Position numbers and translations under genes: made by a program
Part shown: positions 55,299 through 64,000 of the stretch, piece after piece
How the letters are laid out: each line of letters starts with the position of its first letter
Position numbering within the stretch: position 1 is the stretch's first letter
The notes under the pieces: generated by a model
What the model was told of the DNA's origin: nothing
The model's database searches: none
The model's input: only the letters and a program-made list of their open reading frames with translations
Virus record (IMG/VR): IMGVR_UViG_3300036790_000468
Coordinates: 63,505-127,504 of that record
DNA: 64,000 nt
Reading direction: 5' to 3' (one strand)
Source: a virus

Positions 55299-55996
55299 AC
55301 CGACTCCCGCGCATCCTGGTAGAACTCGGCGCGCACCCGGTTGATCCACGCCTGCACGACTTCGGTGCGCGGCTCGGCCGGCAGCACGCTGCGCGCGGTC
55401 GAGAAACGCTCCTCGGCCACCGCCATGTACGGGGCCGCCGCCTGCGGGTCGGCCGCGACGCGCTCGCCGAAGTCCAGGTAGCGCTGCGGATCCTCCAGGC
55501 GGATGTGCAGCCGGCCGGTGGTGTAGAGCTCGTAGCCCTGCTCCACCAGGCGCATCAGGTGCCGCGCGTGCTTGGCGGTACGCCGGTCCGGGATGTCGCT
55601 CTTGAACCGACCGCTGGTCAGGAGCTTGCGGAACTGCTGGCTGGCGTACCCGAGGTACGCGTCCCGGGTACGGCGCGCGCTCAGGAACGCCGTGCGGTGC
55701 TCGACGAGCTCGGCGCCGAGCGGGGTCTGGACCTCGTAGTCCTCGAGCCAGAGGATCTCCGCCGCGGTCGGATTGCCGCCCAGGATCAGCTTCGCTGCCT
55801 TTGCGACCTCGTGCAGCGTCAGGTCCGGATGGGTCGTCACGTGCGAGTCGCGGTGCGGGCCGAGCGAGAACAGCCGCTCGGTATCCCACGCGAAGATCCC
55901 GAGCCGGTCCACGTCCGAGTCCGGGCCCGCCAGCCCGTACGCCGTCGAGCCGACAACGCCCTGCAGCAGGACGTGCATCCCGTCATCCGAGTCCAC
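55295..55996 (-). CDS. Pol-beta-family nucleotidyltransferase (RlaP/YcgL-like)
   Basis: VVGSTAYGLA..SDVD..GIF; GNPT..EIL; KHARHLMRL. Confidence 0.9.
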   Translation of the reverse strand: MDSDDGMHVLLQGVVGSTAYGLAGPDSDVDRLGIFAWDTERLFSLGPHRDSHVTTHPDLTLHEVAKAAKLILGGNPTAAEILWLEDYEVQTPLGAELVEHRTAFLSARRTRDAYLGYASQQFRKLLTSGRFKSDIPDRRTAKHARHLMRLVEQGYELYTTGRLHIRLEDPQRYLDFGERVAADPQAAAPYMAVAEERFSTARSVLPAEPRTEVVQAWINRVRAEFYQDARESV

Positions 55997-56540
55997 TGGT
56001 TGCTCCGTTCGATTCGATGGTCAGACAGGCCGGGCAGCGCGCGGGGCCGGCGAGCGTCGCCTCGATCGCGGCCCGGGTGAAGGCGAGCACGGGCTCGCGC
56101 TCGGGCGGCAGCGGCATATGGAAGCGCAGGGAGGTCTCCGACACCCGCAGCGGATGCTCGGGGCTCTCGCGGGTGAAGAAGCCGACCGGGAACCCGGTGA
56201 GCAAAGCGAGGCGCAGCAGCTCCTCCCACTCCGGATACAGCTGCCCGGCCTCCCACAGGTCCACGGCCGGCTCCTGGGTGCCGCAGGCCTCGTCGACCTC
56301 CGGGCCGTCCAGCTCTCGCACATCCAGGGCCGTGGTGACCCAGTAGGGGACGGTGAGCCCCGCGTGCCACAGGCGGTGAGCCTCGGCTGCGCCGGGGCCG
56401 GCCGCGATCGCGGCGAGCTCGGCGCGGTCCACCTCGTCGTGCAGCGCGATCGCGTGCTGCACGCTGTCGGCCGGGCGAGGCCTGCGCGGCGCTGTGCGTC
56501 GACGCGGGCGCGCGGCGGGGACGGTGGGCCGCTGGTACTC
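55983..56540 (-). CDS. Xre-like HTH protein (start uncertain)
   Basis: EVDEACG..AVDLWEAG..P....L..LA..TGFPVGFF. Confidence 0.55.
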   Translation of the reverse strand, partial: EYQRPTVPAARPRRRTAPRRPRPADSVQHAIALHDEVDRAELAAIAAGPGAAEAHRLWHAGLTVPYWVTTALDVRELDGPEVDEACGTQEPAVDLWEAGQLYPEWEELLRLALLTGFPVGFFTRESPEHPLRVSETSLRFHMPLPPEREPVLAFTRAAIEATLAGPARCPACLTIESNGATSGLG

Positions 56541-56757
56541 AGCGGCGCCGGGCGGCGTAGGCGCGGCCTCCTTTGGCCGGCGCGTGTCGCTCAGCCGGGG
56601 CGCCGGTGGCCGCGCGGTCCGCGCAGACCTTGTGGCAGGGGCTGTCGTTGGCCGGATGGCGCAGGAGCGCGGGCCGGCCGCAGAGCCGGCAAGGTGCCGG
56701 GTCCGCGACGCGGGCGTGGGACCAGTCCCACAGGCGGTCGTCGATGTTGGGGGCCAT
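56539..56757 (-). CDS. Small Zn-binding protein
   Basis: CRLCG...CHKVC. Confidence 0.6.
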   Translation of the reverse strand: MAPNIDDRLWDWSHARVADPAPCRLCGRPALLRHPANDSPCHKVCADRAATGAPAERHAPAKGGRAYAARRR

Positions 56758-56791
56758 GGGATCCTCGGGGCGGGAGTCCTGGGGTGCGGGG

Positions 56792-58619
56792 TCATGGATG
56801 CTCAGGGCCTGATGTCATGGGCTTCGAGCTTCCGATGCCGCCGGCGGTGAGCAGCTGCTGTGCGGAGGCGTTGACGATGTTCCATGCCGAGTCGTCGGGA
56901 TCCTCGGTGAGCTGGAAAGCCGCAAGGGACGCGAGGGACTGGGCGATGAGAAGGATCGAGCTGTACGCCCCATTGCGCTGGTCGCGGTAGATCGTGGCGG
57001 CAGTGCGGGCGTGGTCGCGGCCGGTTTCTGCAGCGGCGAGCTGCCCGTAGTACACCGGGTCTTGAGCTGCGGCGTGCTGTGCGAGCTCGGCAAACCAGCG
57101 GCGGTTGGCCGTATCCAGGCCGGCCTCGAGTTCGGCGACGCGCGCCGTGAGCCGCTTCACGGTTGGGGAGTGGACTAAGCAGACATCGCCCGGCCCCTCG
57201 AACGAGCAGCAGCACTTGCCGTTGTCCGGCATTGAGATCAGCTTGGCCTGCAGCTCGTCAACGTGCTGCGTGAGCCGCTTGACTTCGGTCAGCAGCTCGC
57301 GGCGGTGGCGTTCGGCCGAGTTCGGGTGCGCGTCGTTGATGAACGGGTCGCAGATCCGGTCGATGGTCTGGATCTCGGCGAGCCGGTCTGGTGCCATGGG
57401 CTCGGTCACTACAGGGCCTTTCCGGCGCGGTATCCGGCGAGCCAGAGCCAGCACCCGCTGCAGTCGATGTCGTCGTCTTCGGGATCGAACGCGACCGTGA
57501 GCGGGAGCGCCGGGTCCGCGCGATCGCACACCGGCTTCGTGCCGGTGGTGGTGAAGTGCACGGGGACGGCCGCGAGAACGCCCTCTGTCGTGCTGTCGGC
57601 GTGGGCGGTGAAGTGGGCCGAGGTGGCGGCGGGAGACTCAGGCACCGGACACCGCCTCGGCATCGACCACGAGATCCAACTCGCCCGCGTCGAAGGCGGC
57701 CAGGTCGAAGGCGGCCAGGCCATCCCGGACATCACGGCTGTCGAACTGCACGGCGAACTCTCCGACGTCTCCGGAGATCACCGTGCCAGTTCGGCCGAGG
57801 AACCGGCGGTCACCGCGCACGTCCCGGGCCACGATGACCCGGTCGCCCTTCTTGAACGGGGGCGCCGACTCGGCCCCCTTGTGCGCGTCGGTCTTGTCCT
57901 CGAGATCCCGGGCGAGCATGTCGATGTACCCGAGCAGTTCCTCGCGGTGGGTACGGGCGTGGTCGCAGGCGAGTTCGCCGCGCTGCTCCTGGAGCATGTG
58001 CGCGCGGATCTCCTCGATGCGCTCGGCGACAGGGCCAGTCCTCATCGGGACGCCTCCGCCTCGGTGGCAGCCGGCGCGTCGAAGAAGTCGATCGTCCGAC
58101 CGGCCGCAAGGTCTGCGACAAGCCGCCGCAGCCGGTCCAGGGCGTTGTTCGCGTCGAACAGCACCTCGGACTCGTAGCCGTCCAGGCCCAGGAGTTCGGA
58201 TGCCGTCTCGGAGATCTGGACATCCTCCGCGAGGGGCGTACCCGGGTAGATGGTCACGGTGTCGCTGTAGAAGTGGAGCTGCGCGTCGGGGTAAGTGAGG
58301 GCGACCGCGTGGCCCGCGAAGCAGTAGGCGGTCCCGCATTCGGTCTGCTTGGACCACATGGACTGGTCCCACGTGTCCGGGTTGGCCTCGATGTGCGCGA
58401 GGGTGCGCTCAAGCAGGTCGACGTTCGTCATCAGTTCCTCCCGGTTTCGCCGCGCACGATGTCGGAGGCGCGGCCGATCCCGTCGCGCCAGCCGCACGAG
58501 CGCTGGGACGAGGGCGGGCACGCGCAGCCGGGCGCGGGCTTGTTCATGAACACTTCGAGTTCGCAGGCGAGGCGGCGGCGCAGGATCTCCTCGAACACGG
58601 GCAGGCCGGCGGTGGTCAC
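56792..58619 (-). CDS. Five coupled early hypothetical genes (56792-57409, 57409-57645, 57638-58045, 58042-58431, 58431-58619)
   Basis: Overlapping start/stop codons; 58042-58431 has WDQ..W..CGTAYCFAGHA actinophage-type motif. Confidence 0.65.
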
Positions 58620-59052
58620 CGGCCACCGGCCTCGGTGGCGGCAGTGGGGCGCTCTTCGCTCCAGGGCAGCGCAACGGTGATCTCGACGAGGTTCAGGGCC
58701 CGGTTTGTCTCGACGTTCCGCATTGCCCGGCCGCAGAACTGGCCGGCGAACCTGACGACCTGGCCGTCTGCGGCGTCCGTCAGCGTCACCTCGGCGCGGA
58801 CGGTGCCGGTCAGGTTGGGCATGAGAAAGAGGTCTTTGAACAGCTGCTGGGTCAGTTCAGAGACCGGTTCGGGCTGCCCGCGTTCGCCTTCGAGTTCGGC
58901 GACGCGCGCGGTGAGCCGGTCGCGGTCGGCGAGCAGCGTCTTCGCCACGCGGTAGCCGACGCCAGCGGGGTTCCATTCGGGAGGCGGTCGGCGACGCGGT
59001 CCGCTGCTGCGCGGATCTCGGCGATCCGCTGCCCGCTGATCGGCGCGGTCAC
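58616..59052 (-). pseudogene. Frameshifted coiled-coil (Ead/Ea22-like) gene
   Basis: N-terminus MTAPISGQRIAEIRAAADRVADRL continues in -1 frame as PEWNPAGVGYRVAKTLLADRDRLTARVAELE; shift near 58980. Confidence 0.6.
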
Positions 59053-59447
59053 GAGGCGCCACCAGCGGCGGCAAGGCGCGCGATCCGCTGGTACTTCTCG
59101 GGAGTGGTGTGGCCATCCCAGATGGTGGAGTCGTCGCGTTCGACGTGCTCGAACAGGCTCAGGTCGTTCTCGCCGACGTGCCACGAGCACTGGCCGGTGG
59201 GGAGCTCGACGTAGACGACGACCCAGCCGGGCTCGCTGGCGTCGCCGTAGTTCCAGGTCGACGGGTAGAGCGCGGCGAGCAGCGCGACGAGGTGGGCGCG
59301 CTCGCGGTAGGCGCCGTTCGTGGCGTTGATCTGCTGGCCGAGCTCGTCATAGGCGGTCTCCCACTCCCCGTACCAGTATTCGATCTGCTGGTCGGGGGTC
59401 TTGATGTCGTGGGGTTCGAGGGCGAGTCGGTCGGCGTGGTCGGTCAC
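59049..59447 (-). CDS. WDGH-motif phage protein
   Basis: YRER..LVALL..VELPTGQCSWH..WDGHTT. Confidence 0.75.
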   Translation of the reverse strand: MTDHADRLALEPHDIKTPDQQIEYWYGEWETAYDELGQQINATNGAYRERAHLVALLAALYPSTWNYGDASEPGWVVVYVELPTGQCSWHVGENDLSLFEHVERDDSTIWDGHTTPEKYQRIARLAAAGGAS

Positions 59448-59949
59448 GGCTGATTCCTGTCGGTGTCGGGGGTGGTTCGCGGGTCGCTGACGAGCCAGTA
59501 TCCGCGCAGCCCTCGGTGGTTGTTGTGGCTGATCTTCAGGCCGAAGACGACCTCGGTGGCGGGATCGTCGGCGCAGGTGACGACGGTGCAGTAGGCGTGC
59601 CGGGTGTCCGTGCGCTCGATGCGGATGGTGCGGCCCTTGTTGCCGGTGTGGGTGTCGGCCCAGATCTGGCCGCGGCGGACGCCGTCGGGGGCGTTCATGC
59701 CCGGTTCCCGCCGTTGGTGTCGTGCTCGGCCAGCCATGCGCGCGCTTCGGCGGTGCCGCACTTGCCGGGCTCGCTGCCAGCGGTGAAGTGCGCCTGGCAG
59801 TCGCCGCGGTAGAACACACATTCGTCGTCCTGGTGGTCGACGAGGCGGCGCAGGTGCGTGAACGCCTCGAGGAGGTCGCGTGCTGCCTTGCGGGCCGCGG
59901 TCTCGAGGCGCAGGGCGATGCAGGCGCCCTCGCGGGGCTGAGGGGTCAC
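59444..59949 (-). CDS. Two small hypothetical genes (59444-59698, 59695-59949)
   Basis: 4-bp start/stop overlaps. Confidence 0.6.
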
Positions 59950-60416
59950 GGTCGGTTCCCTTCTGCTGCGGTGTGGGGTGTCCAGGGCTTGCTGCGGCCC
60001 GGGTTTCCCTCGGCGGCGCGGACTTCGGCGTCGGTGGCGTCGCGGTGCAGGCCGTGCTTGCGGTACCAGGCGGCGTCCTGCGTCTGGAGCCGGGCCATCC
60101 ACTGCGGGCGCGTCTCGCCGGGGCGCTGGCGGCGTGCGGCTGGCTGTTCCGGGCGGCGTTCGGCGTCGGCTCCGGCGATGTGCTGCGCGGCGTCGAGCTC
60201 GCGCTGCTCGTCGGCGACGAGGCGGGATATGTGGACCGGGAGCAGGTAGTCGGTGGTCGTCGAGTAGTGCTTGACGACCGCGGCGGCGCAGGCCGGGAAG
60301 GCGAGGCCGCGGAGCGCCTGCTGCCACATGGTGATGTCGAGCTCGCCGATGGTGCGCTTGTCGAAGGACGCGGCGATGGTGAGCACGTTGTTGGCCTGGT
60401 CGAAGGTGAGGGTCAT
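59946..60416 (-). CDS. Replication accessory (helicase loader/inhibitor-like)
   Basis: Follows initiator; A..D.R..W...L...C..AV..HY...LLP.HI pattern. Confidence 0.65.
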   Translation of the reverse strand: MTLTFDQANNVLTIAASFDKRTIGELDITMWQQALRGLAFPACAAAVVKHYSTTTDYLLPVHISRLVADEQRELDAAQHIAGADAERRPEQPAARRQRPGETRPQWMARLQTQDAAWYRKHGLHRDATDAEVRAAEGNPGRSKPWTPHTAAEGNRP

Positions 60417-61360
60417 GGTTCGATCTCCCGGAAGGCGCCGGGCAGCGCGACGGGCTGCTGGGAGGCGGGGGTGCCGTTGAGGGCGCCGAGTAGGGGGTCT
60501 TGGCCGTTGGCGATGCGCTGCTTGAGCCTGGCGAGGGCTTCTTGGCCTTGGGCGGCGCGCAGGTCGCTGGTGGCCGGTTTCGCGGCGGTGGGGGCAGTGG
60601 CGCGCAGGACTCGGTTCAGTTCCTGCTCGAGCCGGGGGACGGTGATGGGGCTACCGACGGCGCGGGCGGCATTCGCAATTGATTTCGGGTCGTGGCCGAC
60701 GGCGAGGAGCTTTTCGACGGCATTGCACGACGCGAAGAATGCGCGTGTTCCTCCGGCGGGTTTGATGGGGAGTTGTTCCCACCACCATTGGATGATCTGT
60801 TTGGCGAGCGTGGCGCGCTGGTGGGTCTCGGGGTCGAGGGGTGCGTCCGGCTTGGCGGTCCGTGCGGCGCGCTTGCGCGGTGCAGCGAGGGGAGAAGACG
60901 AAGTCTTCTCTTGGGTAGTTGGTTCAAGGACGGTTTGTCGGACGTGTACGTCCGGTCTCGCTGCCGTGTATGACCGGTCGTAGGTGTCCGGTTGGACGTC
61001 GGTGACCGGTCGTGCATGTCCGGCTGGACTTCCATGACCGGTCGTAGGTGTCCGGTCAGAATCGACTGTTTCGCGGAGTTCCATCGCGAGGTCCCAGACG
61101 ATCGGGCGCTTCATCGGCGGCAGGTGGGCGACGAGCCTTTGATCCCCCCGGCGGATCAATCCGAGCTCTTCTAATTCCGTCAGGTCCCTGCGAATCTGCC
61201 GATCTGTTTTTCGCGCGTATTTCCCGAGAGTCGCCTGTGCGGCACGGGCGCCGCGGCCTTCGTGATCGGCGTGGTTGGCGAGCCCCATCAGCGTTCCGAA
61301 GGCGTTCGCGGGCAGCCCGGGCGCGTCGTTCAGGACCCAGGCCATCGCTTCCAAGCTCAC
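60413..61360 (-). CDS. Phage replication initiator (N-terminal wHTH, lambda O-like layout)
   Basis: MSLEAMAWV..LANHAD..R..L..LEELGLI; internal iterons. Confidence 0.85.
   Translation of the reverse strand: MSLEAMAWVLNDAPGLPANAFGTLMGLANHADHEGRGARAAQATLGKYARKTDRQIRRDLTELEELGLIRRGDQRLVAHLPPMKRPIVWDLAMELRETVDSDRTPTTGHGSPAGHARPVTDVQPDTYDRSYTAARPDVHVRQTVLEPTTQEKTSSSPLAAPRKRAARTAKPDAPLDPETHQRATLAKQIIQWWWEQLPIKPAGGTRAFFASCNAVEKLLAVGHDPKSIANAARAVGSPITVPRLEQELNRVLRATAPTAAKPATSDLRAAQGQEALARLKQRIANGQDPLLGALNGTPASQQPVALPGAFREIEP
60936..61055. repeat. Iterons / probable replication origin
   Basis: TGACCGGTCGT(AGG/GCA)TGTCCGG at 60971, 61003, 61035 (32-bp period) plus degenerate copy near 60936. Confidence 0.8.
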
Positions 61361-62490
61361 CCGCCGTACCTCCGGTCGTTGCGCCATGGCACGAGCAGGT
61401 CGCCGTTGGACCCGGGCGGCGGTCCGGAGCGGATCCGCGGCATCGGCGCGGTGTCGCCGAGCGGCCCGAGCTGGGCGCCGTGCAGGCGGCGCCCGAGGTC
61501 GGCGATGATGGCGCGCTGCTCGACGTTCTGCCGGGCCACGGCGCGCGCGTGGTGGGTCAGGGCCGCGCTGTCGCCAGCGAGGTCATCGACCTTCCTGCGG
61601 AGCCTGCTGATCTCCTCGAGCGCGGCGGCGTGCTCGGCCTGGAGGGCGGCGTGGCGGGCGCGCAGGCCCCTGCGGATGCGCATCAGCGTGCTCCGTTCTC
61701 GTTCTCGTTCTCGTCGCCCCACTTGCGGCACTCGCTGCACAGCGGCACGCGGGTCGTGCGGTGCCACTCGAACCCGGACTCCGTGCCGTGGGTCGCGGCG
61801 CCGGTGTGCTTGGCCCGGCACGGTCCGGTGTCCTCGATGCCGGGCAGCGGCTGGTAAGGGTCGGCCAGGCCGAGGGCGGCGAGGGCGAGTACCGCAAGCT
61901 CGGGCGGGAGGGCGGCGCGGGTGTAGGCCTCGCACGCGGCCTTCTCGGCGGGGGTGTTCTCGGCGTGTCCGAGTGCTGCGGCCTTCGCGGTGAGCTGCTC
62001 GGGGACGAGCTCGTCGAGCGGCATCACGCACCCCCGGTGCACGCCGCGCAGTCGCAGCGCTCACGCCGGCGCACCACGACCGCCAGCAGCAGCAGGAACC
62101 CGGCCACGATCACGAGGACCACGGCCGCGGCCAGGTCCCGGCCGACGATGGCCAGCACCGAGGCCAGGATCACGGCGAGCTGCAGCAGCGTGACGCCGCA
62201 CCGGGCCCTTGTGCGTGAGGCGGTCAGGGCGGCGGCGACGGACAGGGCCATCGCGGCGCCGGAAAGGATGAGGGCCGGCATCAGGCGCCGTCGCCCGGCT
62301 CGTCGTCCTCGTCATCCGCGTACCAGTCGGCCTCCGAAGGCTCCTCCTGCAGCGGCCGCAGGGCGTCGTCTTTCGCCTCCTGGTGCCAGTCCCGCTCCGG
62401 CTCCGGCTCGGGGTCGGCGGGGGTGTCGTAGCACTCGCTGTCGGGGTCGTAGTGGGGGGTGATCAGGTCGTCGTCGTACGTGTCGGACAT
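61357..62490 (-). CDS. Four small hypothetical genes (61357-61683, 61683-62024, 62024-62281 membrane, 62281-62490 acidic)
   Basis: 1-4 bp overlaps. Confidence 0.65.
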
Positions 62491-62625
62491 CGGAGGTCTC
62501 CTGTGCTAGGTCTGTGGTTTGGTCTGTGGTGGCGTCCGCCGTGCCCGGTACCAGCGGGCACGGCGGACGGCGGGGATCGGCCCCGCGGGCGCGGCCACAC
62601 CGGCCGCGCCCGCGGGGAATCGGGA

Positions 62626-63051
62626 TCAGTCCTCGACGAACCGGACCACATGCGCCTGCTCACGCTGACGACGCACCACGTACGTCCCAGCCTCGACCAG
62701 CAGACCCCCGTGCTCCGGGTGCGAGAGCAGCCCCTGCACCCCGGCCGGCACGGTCAGGACACCCAGGTCCAGGTCGGACGGGTCCTGCGACCCGGTCGAC
62801 GACGGCGTGTAGAACACGGGGCCGAACAGAGCGTGCGTGTGGCCCTGGCCGACCGGCGCGACCACCGGGAACCCGGCCGCCGGCACCGGCACCGTGGACG
62901 GCGCGACGCCCTCGGCCCGCACGATCAGGACATCGCCCTGCGCCGCGATCCGCGACACCACCGGGATGTCCGCGGCCTTGTCCAGGTAGTCGTAGTGCTC
63001 CGTGCCGTACGCCCGCTCGGCGTCGGCGAGAGTCGTGATAGTGGTGGACAC
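62626..63051 (-). CDS. Conserved His-motif partner of DUF6745 protein
   Basis: QGDVLI..GHTH..HPEH..GTY.VRRQRE. Confidence 0.75.
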   Translation of the reverse strand: MSTTITTLADAERAYGTEHYDYLDKAADIPVVSRIAAQGDVLIVRAEGVAPSTVPVPAAGFPVVAPVGQGHTHALFGPVFYTPSSTGSQDPSDLDLGVLTVPAGVQGLLSHPEHGGLLVEAGTYVVRRQREQAHVVRFVED

Positions 63052-63109
63052 GGTGGTCCCCCTCCTGTAGTTGGGTTGGTCGGCCCCGGCCCGGGCGGGC
63101 CGGGGAGTC

Positions 63110-64000
63110 TTAGCGGCGCACTTCGAGCTGCGCGTACTCGGCCCCGGTCAGGCCGTAGCCCCACGCGGCGGCGTCCAACGCCGTGGTGATCTCCTCCGGC
63201 ACCGTCAGCCCGAACCGGCGCCTGGCCCCGTCGCGCTCGACCGTGCCGTTCGCGCACAGCAGCACCCGGACACGCTCACCCCACACCTCCTCCGGCACGT
63301 CGTACAGGGCGATACCGAACCCCGGGTTCCCCGGGTCCGCGCACCGGTCCACCGCCCGCAGCTGGGCGTCCTGGATGAACCGGTCCCAGCCCATCGACTC
63401 AATCGCGCACCGGCGCACCTCCGCATTACGCTCCGCGCCGATCTGCTCGACGGTCGGGGCCATCACGACCCACTCCGGCACCCGCCTGCCGTGCCACGCG
63501 TAGAACCCCCAGCCGTCCCGGTACCGGATCGCCATGCCGTCCTCGCGGTGCAGGCGCCCCACCTGGTCGCGGTGCAGTGCCTCGGGGCGGTCCGTGAGGA
63601 TCGCGAAGTCGCGGTGGCACCACCACCAGCCCGCGTTTCTGGCGACCTGCTGCGCGCCGCGGATCGGCTCGAGGCCGGTGACGCCGAGGCGTCCCATGGC
63701 GTCGTAGTGGGAGTAGTAGCCGGCCCAGTGCTGGCCCATGATCCGGCCGCGCCACCAGGTGGACAGCCGACTCTTGAGTTCCTGGCCGTCCACCTGGCGG
63801 TACACCTGGCCGTGCACCTGGCCGTGCACCTGGCCGTACACCTGGCCGTGCACCTGGCGGTACACCTGGCGGTACACCTGGCCGTCCACCTGGCCGTGCA
63901 CCTGGCCTTGCACCTGGCCTTGCACCTGGCCTTGCACCTGGCCGTGCACCTGGCCGTCCACCTGGCCTTGCACCTGGCCGTACACCTGGCCGTACACCTG
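63110..64000 (-). CDS. DUF6745-like protein with tetrapeptide repeats, 5' truncated
   Basis: GQHWAG..GWWW..RP..LH..GRLH..G.AI.Y.DGW..YAWHG; NAEVRR. Confidence 0.8.
   Translation of the reverse strand, partial: QVYGQVYGQVQGQVDGQVHGQVQGQVQGQVQGQVHGQVDGQVYRQVYRQVHGQVYGQVHGQVHGQVYRQVDGQELKSRLSTWWRGRIMGQHWAGYYSHYDAMGRLGVTGLEPIRGAQQVARNAGWWWCHRDFAILTDRPEALHRDQVGRLHREDGMAIRYRDGWGFYAWHGRRVPEWVVMAPTVEQIGAERNAEVRRCAIESMGWDRFIQDAQLRAVDRCADPGNPGFGIALYDVPEEVWGERVRVLLCANGTVERDGARRRFGLTVPEEITTALDAAAWGYGLTGAEYAQLEVRR
63781..64000 (-). repeat. 12-bp coding tandem repeat (G/R-Q-V-x), about 18 copies
   Basis: CACCTGGCCGTG-type units running to the window edge. Confidence 0.95.

Larger units (their letters stand above)
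1..64000. mobile_element. Actinobacterial siphovirus-like (pro)phage, partial
   Basis: Complete head-tail module (TerS/TerL/portal/MuF/protease/capsid/tail/TMP), replication initiator and many small phage-type ORFs; no host housekeeping genes; the IS insertion suggests a prophage. Confidence 0.95.

Noticed and set aside
60971-61055. Mini-CRISPR interpretation of the 21-bp repeats
   Set aside because: Spacers are only 11 bp and similar to each other, inside the initiator CDS; fits iterons; no cas genes in the window
63781-64000. Possible CRISPR array
   Set aside because: 12-bp in-frame tandem coding repeats with no spacers

Overview
This is about 64 kb of a high-GC actinobacterial tailed phage genome, most likely a siphovirus-type prophage (long tape measure, no sheath gene, an IS inside). 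No integrase, repressor or host flank is visible in the window. The minus strand from about 28.9 kb down to 1 carries the late operon: a promoter/terminator leader, 3 tRNAs, a structured non-coding stretch, DUF2829/Tad2-like, permuted NlpC/P60, tailspike-like, TerS, TerL, portal fused to a ParB-like domain, MuF, prohead protease/scaffold, capsid, connectors, major tail protein, frameshifted chaperone, tape measure, tail proteins and a PLD. The 29-53 kb interval is a mosaic accessory region. It holds an HslV/proteasome-like protease, a membrane operon ending in a GT-C transferase + hyaluronan/chitin-synthase-like GT2 + GH26 hydrolase cassette, an IS701-like element, and at least three divergent 'mini-regulator + palindromic operator + cargo' cassettes that share non-coding repeats. 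The minus strand from 64 to 53.6 kb is an early/replication operon (DUF6745 pair, initiator with 32-bp-period iterons, WDGH protein, RlaP-like nucleotidyltransferase + HAD phosphatase, DUF397). All family assignments come from motif recognition by eye, not database searches.
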